Below the pieces are notes generated by a model that saw only the letters and a program-made list of their open reading frames with translations, ran no database searches and had not been told where the DNA came from. DNA of 41,675 nucleotides from assembly GCA_044225365.1 (NCBI GenBank), contig JBGAIQ010000049.1, forward strand, positions 1 through 41,675, given 5' to 3'. The DNA comes from Planctomycetota bacterium (GTDB lineage Bacteria; Planctomycetota; B15-G4; JADJEK01). Within the stretch, counting starts at the first letter, position 1. Each line of letters opens with the position of its first letter. Below are positions 1 to 8,217 of this stretch, one piece after another. The translations under genes and the position numbers were made by a program.

Positions 1-145
1 GCCACCGCCGCCGAATTGCGAAACCGGCGGAGACGGATCGCAGCCGCCGCCGCCGAATTGCGAAACCGGCGGAGACGGATCGCAGCCGCCGCCGCCGAAT
101 TGCGAAACCGGCGGAGACGGATCGCAGCCGCCGCCGCCGAATTGC
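1..145. repeat. Tandem repeat, 42-bp unit x ~3.5 (REP-like family A)
   Basis: Unit GCCGCCGCCGCCGAATTGCGAAACCGGCGGAGACGGATCGCA at 1, 43 and 85, partial at 127. It contains CGGCGG...CCGCCG palindromic arms. Probably truncated by the window start. Confidence 0.9.
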
Positions 146-169
146 CCTGCGAGGGGCGGCCATCGTGCG

Positions 170-1135
170 GTGCGCGGATCCCGCGCCCTCGCCGTGCTCG
201 TCCTGCTGGCCGTGCTCACGGCCCTCGCGCCCCGCTGGCTGCTTCTGCTCGGGCCCCTCCTGTTCGGGGTTCCGCACATCGCGGGCGACCTGCGCTGTCT
301 CGTCCTGCGATCGCCCTTTCGCGTACCTCGGGCGGTGATCCTCGCCGTGACGCTGCCCCTGCTGCTCCTCGTCGTCTTGCGAGCCGCACGCGCGGCCGGA
401 CTCCTCGAAGCGAGTTCGATCCCGGCGACGCTCGAGGTGGGCCTCGGCGTCCTTGCGATCGCGGGCGCCGCCGTCTCCACCCCCTCGCGCGCGCGGAGGC
501 GTCTCGTCGTCTGGCCCTGCGTCCTCGTCGTCGCGATCCTCGCAATGCACTCGCCGCAGATGGCGACGCTCGTCCTCGGCCACCTGCACAACGCGATCGC
601 GATCGCGTTCCTGTGCTACTTCACCGCGACGTCGTGGTCCTCGAGCCAGCGCGTTCGATTCTGCTTCTTCGCCGCGCTCGCGGCGGTCGTCCTCGCGTCC
701 ACGCCTCTCGTCGCATTCGCGAAGGACGCTCTCCTCGATCGCGCGTTGCCGCGCGGATTCGGGTTCGACGACCTCTCCGCCTCGCTCGCGCCCGGCGTCT
801 CCGCCGACCTCGCCGCGCGCCTCGTGCTCGTCTTCGCGTTCGCCCAGGCAGCGCACTACTTCGCGTGGGTGTACGCGATCCCGGCGAGTACGACGGAAGC
901 TCCCGCGCCGCAGTCCCTGCGCGCATCGCTCGCAGCATGGCGCGACGCCTTCTCGCCGCGCGGCTTCGCCCTCGTCGTCGCCCTCACTCTCGCGGTGCCG
1001 CTTGCCGGCCTCGTTGCGCCGCTCGCCGCGCGCACGACCTATCTCTCCCTCGTCTTCTTCCACGGCTGGCTCGAACTCGGCATCGCGACGTACCTATTCC
1101 TCCGTTCCCCTCTCCCTATGAAGACGCACGCGTGA
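170..1135 (+). CDS. Multi-pass membrane protein with several His motifs (remote Brp/Blh-like or other His-ligated membrane enzyme)
   Basis: 321-aa ORF with many hydrophobic helices. Motifs LFGVPHIAGD, GHLHNAIA, AQAAHYFAW and FFHGWLELG. GTG start uncertain. Confidence 0.7.
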   Translation: MRGSRALAVLVLLAVLTALAPRWLLLLGPLLFGVPHIAGDLRCLVLRSPFRVPRAVILAVTLPLLLLVVLRAARAAGLLEASSIPATLEVGLGVLAIAGAAVSTPSRARRRLVVWPCVLVVAILAMHSPQMATLVLGHLHNAIAIAFLCYFTATSWSSSQRVRFCFFAALAAVVLASTPLVAFAKDALLDRALPRGFGFDDLSASLAPGVSADLAARLVLVFAFAQAAHYFAWVYAIPASTTEAPAPQSLRASLAAWRDAFSPRGFALVVALTLAVPLAGLVAPLAARTTYLSLVFFHGWLELGIATYLFLRSPLPMKTHA

Positions 1136-1491
1136 CCTGGTCGACCGCCTTCCTCTTCACGCTCGCGCTCGAGATCCCGGTCTACGCCGTCGTCCTCCAT
1201 CGACATCTTCGCTGGCGCCTCTTCCTGTTCGCGATCCTGCTCGGCAACTCGCTGACGCATCCCATCGTCTGGAACACGATCCTGCGTTTCGAGTCGTACC
1301 GGACCGGCTTCTTCGTCCTCGAGAGCTTCGCCGTCGTCGCCGAAGCCGGCGTGATCCTCGCCTCGGCCCGCGCCCTCGGCCGCACGGCGCCTCGGCCCAC
1401 GATTCTGCGCTGCTTCGGGGCCGCGCTCCTCGCCAACGCGTTCTCGGCTTTCATCGGCCCCCTCCTCCTCACGGGCGAATTCCCGCTCTGA
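1132..1491 (+). CDS. Small integral membrane hypothetical protein (~119 aa)
   Basis: C-terminal part of ORF 16..1491. GTG at 1132 overlaps the upstream stop (GTGA). About 4 TM helices with polar motifs LALEIP, GNSLTHP, LESFAVVAE and ANAFS. Confidence 0.75.
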   Translation: MTWSTAFLFTLALEIPVYAVVLHRHLRWRLFLFAILLGNSLTHPIVWNTILRFESYRTGFFVLESFAVVAEAGVILASARALGRTAPRPTILRCFGAALLANAFSAFIGPLLLTGEFPL

Positions 1492-1547
1492 GAGGTACAC
1501 TGGACGTTCGTTTCGTCCCATGGCCCCTCGCTCGGACTCGCCCGATC

Positions 1548-1814
1548 ATGCTCGGACCCAAATTGCTCTCAAGCGCCGTCGCAGCCTGGATCGTCGCCGG
1601 AACGACCCGCGCCCTCGCGTTCGACATTGCGACGAAGCCGGGCGGGGGCGACAAGGGCACCAAGTCCGCGATCCTCGCGATCACGCTCGTGGTCGGCGCA
1701 ATCTTCGTCTACCTGAAGTTCCGTCCTTCGCGGGACCTGAACGCGGAACTCTCGACCGCGTTGCGCGAGGCGAAGGAACGCGCCCTGCGCGAGGCCGGGA
1801 AGAAGCCGGACTGA
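1548..1814 (+). CDS. Small hypothetical protein (signal peptide, one TM helix, charged tail)
   Basis: 88 aa with ALA-F cleavage-like site and TM AILAITLVVGAIFVYL. Codon style is host-like and it fills the gap between two genes. Confidence 0.55.
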   Translation: MLGPKLLSSAVAAWIVAGTTRALAFDIATKPGGGDKGTKSAILAITLVVGAIFVYLKFRPSRDLNAELSTALREAKERALREAGKKPD

Positions 1815-1833
1815 TTCGATTCCCCGAAGTGTT

Positions 1834-1842
1834 TGCTAAGTT
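1834..1842 (+). promoter_or_regulatory. Candidate extended -10 promoter (TGcTAAGTT) for the ATP-grasp gene
   Basis: TGn + TAnnnT about 45 nt upstream of the TTG start. An AGGAGA RBS precedes the start. Confidence 0.35.
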
Positions 1843-1887
1843 CACGGTCCCGCGCGACGCCATCGTCGCCGTGATCAGGAGATCGCC

Positions 1888-3126
1888 TTGGGCATCGTCA
1901 CTCGCCGCATCGGTCTGTCCCTCGGAGCCGATATCTGCTGGCCGCTCGCCTTCGAAGAACTCGTTCGGCGACTCGACCTCAAGATCCCGTGGAAGGGCGA
2001 CACATTGCGCTTCGAGGTGGATCGCGTCACGATCGAGCCCTTCGATCTGAAGCAATCGTGCCGCTACGACGTCGTCCTCGACCGACTGACGCACTGGTAT
2101 CACACGAGCCGCGAGTGGATCAAGAAGGCGATCCTCGTCAACGACCTCTACGTGCTCAACAATCCATGGTCGATCCAGGCCATGGAGAAGCACTCGACGT
2201 ACTGCGCGATGATGCGACTCGGCCTTCCCGTGCCCGAGACGTTCCTCCTCCCGCCCAAGGAGTACGAGCGCACCGCAGACCTGCAACCGACGCTCGAGCG
2301 CTACGCGCGCCTCTTCGACCTCGGCGCGATCGGCAAGCAGCTCGGCTACCCGATGTTCATGAAGCCCTACGACGGCGGCGCGTGGGTCGGCGTGAGCAAG
2401 ATCGACGACGAAGCCGCATTGCGAGCGGCCTACGAACAGAGCGGAAAACGCGTGATGCATCTGCAGCACGCCGTCGACGGCTTCGACCTCTTCGTGCGCG
2501 GCATCGGCGTCGGGCCGCAGGTCCGTTGCGTGAAGTACGATCCCGGCGCACCGCTCCACGATCGCTACGTCGTCGCCAAGGACTTCATGGCGAAGGGCGA
2601 GTACGACGTGATGCGCAACATGACGCTCACGATCAACGCGTTCTTCGGTTGGGACTTCAATTCCTGTGAAGCCCTGCGCAAGGACGGCATCTTCAACCCG
2701 ATCGACTTCGCGAACGCCTGCCCGGACAGTCAGGTCACCTCGCTGCACTACCATTGGCCTTGGCTGGTGAAGGCGAAGGTCCGCTGGGCGATCTACTGCG
2801 CCGCGACGAAGAAGAAGTTCCGCAAGACGCTCGAGTGGGATCCGTTCTTCGAGGTCGCCGACCGCGGCATGAAGCTCGAGGAGCGACTCACCGCGTTCGC
2901 GAAGATCGCGAACCAACGATTCGAGACCGACAAGTTCGAGGAATTCTGCGGGAAGCACCTGAAGCACCTCGACGAGGTCGCCGACGCGATGTTCGGTGAC
3001 GACTACATCAAGGACGCCGTCCGCCAAAAGGTGACCGCGCTCTTCCCGCGTCACGAGGTCGAGCAGTTCACCGAGCTGTTCTTCGATCGCGTGCAGCAGT
3101 GGCGCAAGGCCGAGGGCAAGGGCTGA
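1888..3126 (+). CDS. ATP-grasp (RimK/glutathione-synthetase-like) domain protein
   Basis: 412 aa with VLNNPW, MEKHSTY, LPVPETFLLP, GYPMFMKPYDGGAWVGV, GWDFNSCEAL and IDFANACPD, the typical ATP-grasp layout. AGGAGA RBS. Confidence 0.85.
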   Translation: MGIVTRRIGLSLGADICWPLAFEELVRRLDLKIPWKGDTLRFEVDRVTIEPFDLKQSCRYDVVLDRLTHWYHTSREWIKKAILVNDLYVLNNPWSIQAMEKHSTYCAMMRLGLPVPETFLLPPKEYERTADLQPTLERYARLFDLGAIGKQLGYPMFMKPYDGGAWVGVSKIDDEAALRAAYEQSGKRVMHLQHAVDGFDLFVRGIGVGPQVRCVKYDPGAPLHDRYVVAKDFMAKGEYDVMRNMTLTINAFFGWDFNSCEALRKDGIFNPIDFANACPDSQVTSLHYHWPWLVKAKVRWAIYCAATKKKFRKTLEWDPFFEVADRGMKLEERLTAFAKIANQRFETDKFEEFCGKHLKHLDEVADAMFGDDYIKDAVRQKVTALFPRHEVEQFTELFFDRVQQWRKAEGKG

Positions 3127-3351
3127 CGCGCTCGCCGCGAGTCGAGTCCGCCGCAAAATCGTTTTTCCTGAATTCGCGCGTTATGGGACGGCGAGTTCTT
3201 CGCTTCTTGCATTGCGGCGCGCGCGGTCGAGTCGAGTGGAACGGTCCCTCGAAATCCTACGGCACGCGGATTTGCTTGAGATGTCGCACTGCCGGCGCGA
3301 CCCCACGAAGAACAACGATCCAACGCGCTTCGAGCGTGAATGGATGGAGAT

Positions 3352-3424
3352 GAAATCGCGGCCTGGGTCACGGGTTTTTGGTCAGCCGCTCAGCACACCC
3401 CCGGGACTCAGGCCGCGATGTTTC
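3352..3424. repeat. Long imperfect hairpin with CGCGGCCTG(A/G)G arms (motif family C)
   Basis: ATCGCGGCCTGGGTC (3355-3369) is the near reverse complement of GACTCAGGCCGCGAT (3405-3419). Lies between convergent genes and may act as a terminator. Confidence 0.7.
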
Positions 3425-3430
3425 CTCGAT

Positions 3431-3549
3431 CAGGACCGCCGGGCTCCGCCCGGTATCGGATGCCACAAAGGAGCGTGGCGGTCCGGGTATGCAGGACCGC
3501 CGGGCTCCGCCCGGCATCGGATGCCACAAAGGAGCGTGGCGGTCCGGGT
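3431..3549. repeat. Tandem 61-bp duplication of a REP-like palindrome (family B)
   Basis: CAGGACCGCCGGGCTCCGCCCGG(T/C)ATCGGATGCCACAAAGGAGCGTGGCGGTCCGGGT at 3431 and 3492. Internal inverted pairs are GGACCGCC/GGCGGTCC and CCGGGC/GCCCGG. Confidence 0.9.
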
Positions 3550-3563
3550 CGGGCGCCGCGGCG

Positions 3564-4871
3564 TCAGGAAGCGCCGAGCTTCTTGATCCGCACGTTCCGG
3601 AACTCCACCGGATCGTTGTGGCCGCAGAAGCCGAAATGGCCATTCGTACGCAATCGCCCGGGATGATCGCCGGAGAGCGGCTGCGTCTTCTCGATGTCGG
3701 CGTCGACGATGATCGTGCCGTTCAGCTCGACTCGGATCTTGTGGCCGACGACGGTCACTTCGTACGAGTTCCACTCCCCGACGGCCCGTAGGTAGCCCTT
3801 CTGCGCGGGCACCTGGCCGTACACCGATCCGCAGAACTGCCACTCCTTCAGGTTTGCGTACTGCTCCGCCGTGTCGTCGAGCACCTGCACCTCGCACATC
3901 CCGACGTACGCGCTGTCGCCTTCACCGGGATAGCGGATCGCGAGACCGTTGTTGCCGCCGGGCGGCAGCTTGAACTCGAGGCGAGCCACGAAATCGCCGT
4001 ACTCTTCCTTGGTGAAGATGGTCCCGCCCGCTCCCGCACGGCACCGAATGGTGCCCTGTGGGGTGATCTCGTAGCCATCCGTCGGACCACTCCAGCCCGT
4101 AAAGTCCTTGCCGTTGAACACGCTCACGAAGCCTTCGGCGTTGTGCTTCCCGAGGATCTCGTTCGCTTCATCGGCGCCGATCTCCCGCACCGTCACGTTT
4201 CGAAAGCGCGTCTCCGAACCATGGGTCTGGAGCTGGATCGGACCCTTCACCGGGATCGGCTTGCCGCGGTCGAAGTAGTTCTCCATCGGGACGTGATCGG
4301 TGACGAGTTCGCCGTTCATCCAGACCGACGTCCGCGCGCCGACCTGCACGATCCGGAACGAATTCCACTGCCCGAACGCCTTGTCCATCGCCTTGGTCGG
4401 GAAGCGCGCATAGACCTCGTTGTTCCACAGGCCGCCCGAGCCTTTGTCGGCGCCGAGATTCCACTTGCCGCCCTTCTCCGTCGTATCCCAGATCTGCACC
4501 TGCGGACACGACTTCAGGTAGATGCCACTGTCGCCCATCGCCTGGATCATCCAGTCGACGTTCATCTCGAAGTCGCGAAACTCCTGCTTGCTGGTGAGGA
4601 AGACGCCCTCACCGTCGCTCACGATCTCGTCCTTCTCGACCTTCCAGTGCTTCTTGGCGTCGGCGTCCCATTCGGCCTGCATCGCCGCGCGCTTCTTGTC
4701 GTCGAATTTCGCTTCTTCTCGCGGATCGAGCTGCGCGCGGCCACGAAACGCGTCGAGCGTGACGTTCTTACCGCCGAACAGGATGATCGGATCGTTCCCG
4801 GCCGACCGTGCCGTCGATGCGACGAGGATCGATCCGAACACCAAACCGGCTGCGACGAGAGTGCGGGACAT
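3564..4871 (-). CDS. Secreted tandem DUF1080 (3-keto-disaccharide hydrolase-like) protein
   Basis: Signal peptide and two DUF1080-type repeats (GDSGIYLK...GPIQLQTHG..RFRNV; FNGKDFTGW...GGNNGLAIR...GHFGFCGH..VEFRNVRIK). GAGGA RBS. Confidence 0.9.
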   Translation of the reverse strand: MSRTLVAAGLVFGSILVASTARSAGNDPIILFGGKNVTLDAFRGRAQLDPREEAKFDDKKRAAMQAEWDADAKKHWKVEKDEIVSDGEGVFLTSKQEFRDFEMNVDWMIQAMGDSGIYLKSCPQVQIWDTTEKGGKWNLGADKGSGGLWNNEVYARFPTKAMDKAFGQWNSFRIVQVGARTSVWMNGELVTDHVPMENYFDRGKPIPVKGPIQLQTHGSETRFRNVTVREIGADEANEILGKHNAEGFVSVFNGKDFTGWSGPTDGYEITPQGTIRCRAGAGGTIFTKEEYGDFVARLEFKLPPGGNNGLAIRYPGEGDSAYVGMCEVQVLDDTAEQYANLKEWQFCGSVYGQVPAQKGYLRAVGEWNSYEVTVVGHKIRVELNGTIIVDADIEKTQPLSGDHPGRLRTNGHFGFCGHNDPVEFRNVRIKKLGAS

Positions 4872-4976
4872 CTCTGTATCCTCGAAGGGTACGGGCGGAG
4901 AGGGCGATTGTGCCGTCCTCCCGCGTTCATCGGAAGCCTAGAGACGGAAGCAAAGCGCACGAGAAGCGAGGCGTTC

Positions 4977-6188
4977 ATGTCGATGCTCACGAATCCTGCC
5001 CTGTGGATCACGCTCGTCGCGCCGCAACCGACCGGCGATCAAGCGACCGATTCGACGCCGCCGCTCGTCTTCGAGCGCCAGGTGATCGATGCCAAGGTCG
5101 AGATCGGCTACGGGCTCGCGATCGCCGACGTCGACGCCGACGGCAAGGACGACATCCTGCTCGCCGACAAGCGCGAGTTCGCGTGGTATCGCAACGGGGA
5201 TTGGAAGCGGCAGTCGCTCTACAAGGCCCTCACCGATCGCGACAACGTGTGCATCGCGGCGCGACGCTTCGGCAAGAGCGGGAGCCTGGAGATCGGACTC
5301 GGCGGGGACTGGGGCCCGAACGACACCTTGCGCAAGGGCGTCGCGCGCTACCTCGCACTCGGCGAGACGCCGGAAGTCCGCTACTTCGACGTCGAACTCG
5401 ACGCTGATCCGACCGTCCATCGCATGCGCTTCGTCGACATCCGCGGATCGAAGGGGACGAAGCCGCGTCCCGGCAGCGAAGAGATGGCGCTCGTGATCGC
5501 CCCGCTCCACGGCAAGGGCGACGTCGACGGTAAGGGCGATCCCGTGAAGGTCTGGTCATACCTTCCGATCGAGCAATTCGCGTTCGGGTTCGAGAAGGAA
5601 CTCGTCGACGCATCGCTGCACAAGACGCACAACTTCGACGTCGGGCAGTGGGATCCGGCGACGACGCAGGAGGAGATCGTCCTGATCGGCGAGGAAGGCG
5701 CGCGGCTCTGCATTCGCGCCGACGGCGCGTGGAAGAGCACGTCGCTTCCCGGCGTTCACGGCGGCGGCGAGATCCGCATGGGCCGGATGCGCGACGGCAC
5801 GCGAATCCTCGCTACGATCGAACCGATGCACGGCAATGTCCTCGCGCTCTACCGCGAGAAGTCCGACCACTCCTTCGATCGGCGCGAACTCGATACCACG
5901 CTCGCCGAAGGTCACGCGCTCGCACTCACCGACGTCGACGGCGATGGCGAACCGGAGGTCGTCGCGGGCTGGCGCGCGCCCGATGCCAAGGGCGAGACGG
6001 GCGTACGGATCTACTCGATCCACGAAGGAACCCCGTCGTTCCGACTCGACTCGAAGGTCGCGTGCGAGGATCTGAAGATCGGCGACTTCGACCACGACGG
6101 TCGCCCCGACATCGCGACCGCGGGCCGCAACAGCCATGACGTCGTCCTCTTCTGGAACCGTACGAAGCGGCCTGGGGACACCCGCTGA
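4977..6188 (+). CDS. VCBS/FG-GAP repeat beta-propeller, aldos-2-ulose dehydratase propeller-like
   Basis: Repeats ADVDADGKDDI, TDVDGDGEPEVVAG and GDFDHDGRPDI, plus His motifs PTVHRMRF, APLHG, IEPMHGN and EGHAL. Start set at ATG 4977 because the upstream part of ORF 4143 overlaps the DUF1080 gene. Confidence 0.8.
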   Translation: MSMLTNPALWITLVAPQPTGDQATDSTPPLVFERQVIDAKVEIGYGLAIADVDADGKDDILLADKREFAWYRNGDWKRQSLYKALTDRDNVCIAARRFGKSGSLEIGLGGDWGPNDTLRKGVARYLALGETPEVRYFDVELDADPTVHRMRFVDIRGSKGTKPRPGSEEMALVIAPLHGKGDVDGKGDPVKVWSYLPIEQFAFGFEKELVDASLHKTHNFDVGQWDPATTQEEIVLIGEEGARLCIRADGAWKSTSLPGVHGGGEIRMGRMRDGTRILATIEPMHGNVLALYREKSDHSFDRRELDTTLAEGHALALTDVDGDGEPEVVAGWRAPDAKGETGVRIYSIHEGTPSFRLDSKVACEDLKIGDFDHDGRPDIATAGRNSHDVVLFWNRTKRPGDTR

Positions 6189-6206
6189 GACGAGTCCGCC
6201 CGGCCC

Positions 6207-7298
6207 TCAGGAAACGGCGCGCTCCGCGAGCGCGAGGTAGTCCTCGCGCGTCCGCTCGAACGAGAAGCGGCGCGCTTCTTCCTCCGTCGTCGCCACCATG
6301 GCCGCGAGACGGCGCGGGTCCGACAACTCCTCGATGCACTGCGCGAGATGATCGACGTCCGGATCGAAGATCGGCACTCCGCCCGGACGCGACCCGGTCC
6401 GATGGCTCTTCACGAGCAGGCCGCTCTTGCCGTGGACGATCACTTCGTTGATCGGCGGGATGTCGTTGCTGATGACGGGCATGCCGTAGGCGAGCGACTC
6501 GTAGAGATGGACGCCGAGCCCCTCCCATCGTGCGGGAGCGAGGCAGACCTGGCAGCTCGAGAAGAACTCGTGATACGCGTCGTGCGGCATGTCCTCGCAG
6601 CGGTAGACGATGCGGGCATCCTTCTGCAGGTCGATCCCTTCGCCATCCCCGCGCACGGCCTGGCTCTTCACGAGGAGGCGGATGTGCGGCGACTTCACGC
6701 GGGAGAACGCCTCGATCGTGGCGGCGATCGGCTTGCGCGGACCCTCGAGTCCACCGTGGAAGATGAACCAGATCGCGTCCGTGCGCTTCTTCGCGGCGCT
6801 GCCGACGAGATCGGGGAAGACGCCGAGGCGCACGTACGGCGACTCGATCTCGAAGTCCTCGAGGTAGCGCTTCTGCTCACAACGCGTGAGCGAGTACACG
6901 ACGTCGTACGCCCGCTTCATGCTCTTGGCCTGGTCGGCCTTCACCCGCTCCCACACGAAGCGGCCGATCGTCTTCACGCCGAGTTCGCGAATCGCCGTGA
7001 TCTCCTTGAACTGGAGATTCATGTCGCAGAACACGACATCGAGTCGATTCGCCTTCGCCCATCGCGTGTATTCGTCGACCGGCATCTCGAAGGCCGAACC
7101 GCGCGTGAGATTCTTCACGTTCCAAACCGGGTCCTCGACGTCGACGTGTCCCTTGATCGGGCCCGCCTCGTTCGTCGGTCGCGCGAGCACGAAGGTCTCG
7201 TGTCCTGCATCCTCGAAGATGTTGCGGATGTAGCGCGACACGACTGCCTGGCCGCGATTGCACCACACGCTGATGATCCCGATCCGGAGCGTCTTCAT
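6207..7298 (-). CDS. Glycosyltransferase family 4 (GT-B)
   Basis: PARWEGLGVHLYESLAYGMPVISNDIPPINEVIVHGKSGLLV matches the EX7E GT4 signature. Confidence 0.9.
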   Translation of the reverse strand: MKTLRIGIISVWCNRGQAVVSRYIRNIFEDAGHETFVLARPTNEAGPIKGHVDVEDPVWNVKNLTRGSAFEMPVDEYTRWAKANRLDVVFCDMNLQFKEITAIRELGVKTIGRFVWERVKADQAKSMKRAYDVVYSLTRCEQKRYLEDFEIESPYVRLGVFPDLVGSAAKKRTDAIWFIFHGGLEGPRKPIAATIEAFSRVKSPHIRLLVKSQAVRGDGEGIDLQKDARIVYRCEDMPHDAYHEFFSSCQVCLAPARWEGLGVHLYESLAYGMPVISNDIPPINEVIVHGKSGLLVKSHRTGSRPGGVPIFDPDVDHLAQCIEELSDPRRLAAMVATTEEEARRFSFERTREDYLALAERAVS

Positions 7299-7317
7299 CT
7301 CGAGCGCCTCGCCAGGT

Positions 7318-8217
7318 TCAGAGGCTCTCGTAGCCCGCGCTACGGAGTGCTTCGCCCATGTCGAGTTCGCGGTACGCGGCGGCCCAGCGCGGATCGGCGG
7401 CGAAGGTCTCCTTCACGGATTTGCGCACGTTCGCGGCGGCCCACGCAAGCGTGTCCTCGGGCGCCGGGAGACCGATGTGTTCGTAGAGCTTCTTCGTCGT
7501 GCCGCGCGGATCGGCGAGCAGGTCCTCGTGGCGCAACAGGAAGAAGGCCTTGCCGAAGTGCTTCCTGCCGTCGCGATACGTGTTCTCGAAGGTGTACTTC
7601 CAGAGCAGCAGGTAGCGCTTGAAGTTCTCGACCTTCGCGAGATGAGGCAGGCCGTCGCGTGCCACGATCTCGGCGACGAACTTGCGAGCGTTCCACGGGT
7701 TCGACTTGTCGTTGAGCGTGAAGAACGCGTCCGCGCTCGGGAGCAGCGGCGCGTTGCGCTGATCCTTGTCGTACATGTACGAGCAGACGACTTCGCGCGG
7801 ATGGCGCACGAGCTGCACGAAGCGCGCGTCGGGGGCGATCTCGTGCAGCGCTCCGACCTTGCGGTAGATCCGCGTGAACTTGATGACGGTGTGCTCGCGC
7901 TTCGCGAGCATCTCCTTCAGGTAGCTGCGACAGAAGTCGGGCAGCTCCGACTCGAGCTCGAGCGCGGGATCCCGCGGCGCGCCGTAGTTGAGTTCGTCGG
8001 GATCGAGTCCGCCCGGCCAGCGCGCGGCGAAGTCGCGGCGGAATTCTCGGATCTTCTCCATCAGGTCGACTTGCTGGATCCCGCTGCCGCCTCCGAGCGC
8101 GCCGACCTTGCCCTGCGAGAACGGTTCGTACCAGAGGTCGAAGCGGGGATCCCGCGACAGGATGTCGAAGTGGATCGTGGTGCCCGAGCGCCGCATCCCC
8201 TGCATCAAGACCTTCAT
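7318..8217 (-). CDS. PAPS-dependent sulfotransferase
   Basis: 5'-PSB loop GMRRSGTT, 3'-PB motif LVRHPREVVCS, and LRHEDLLADP. Confidence 0.88.
   Translation of the reverse strand: MKVLMQGMRRSGTTIHFDILSRDPRFDLWYEPFSQGKVGALGGGSGIQQVDLMEKIREFRRDFAARWPGGLDPDELNYGAPRDPALELESELPDFCRSYLKEMLAKREHTVIKFTRIYRKVGALHEIAPDARFVQLVRHPREVVCSYMYDKDQRNAPLLPSADAFFTLNDKSNPWNARKFVAEIVARDGLPHLAKVENFKRYLLLWKYTFENTYRDGRKHFGKAFFLLRHEDLLADPRGTTKKLYEHIGLPAPEDTLAWAAANVRKSVKETFAADPRWAAAYRELDMGEALRSAGYESL

Noticed and set aside
16-1131. N-terminal 372 codons of ORF 16..1491, including the RNRRRRIAAAAAEL repeats
   Set aside because: Translation of the 42-bp DNA repeat plus an Arg/Pro-rich off-frame overlap with 170-1135. 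Only 1132-1491 looks coding.
4143-4976. N-terminal extensions of ORFs 4143-6188, 9118-9834, 10075-11367, 33444-34973 and 36193-36921
   Set aside because: They overlap neighbouring genes or read as low-complexity Arg-rich sequence. Downstream ATGs give coherent proteins.
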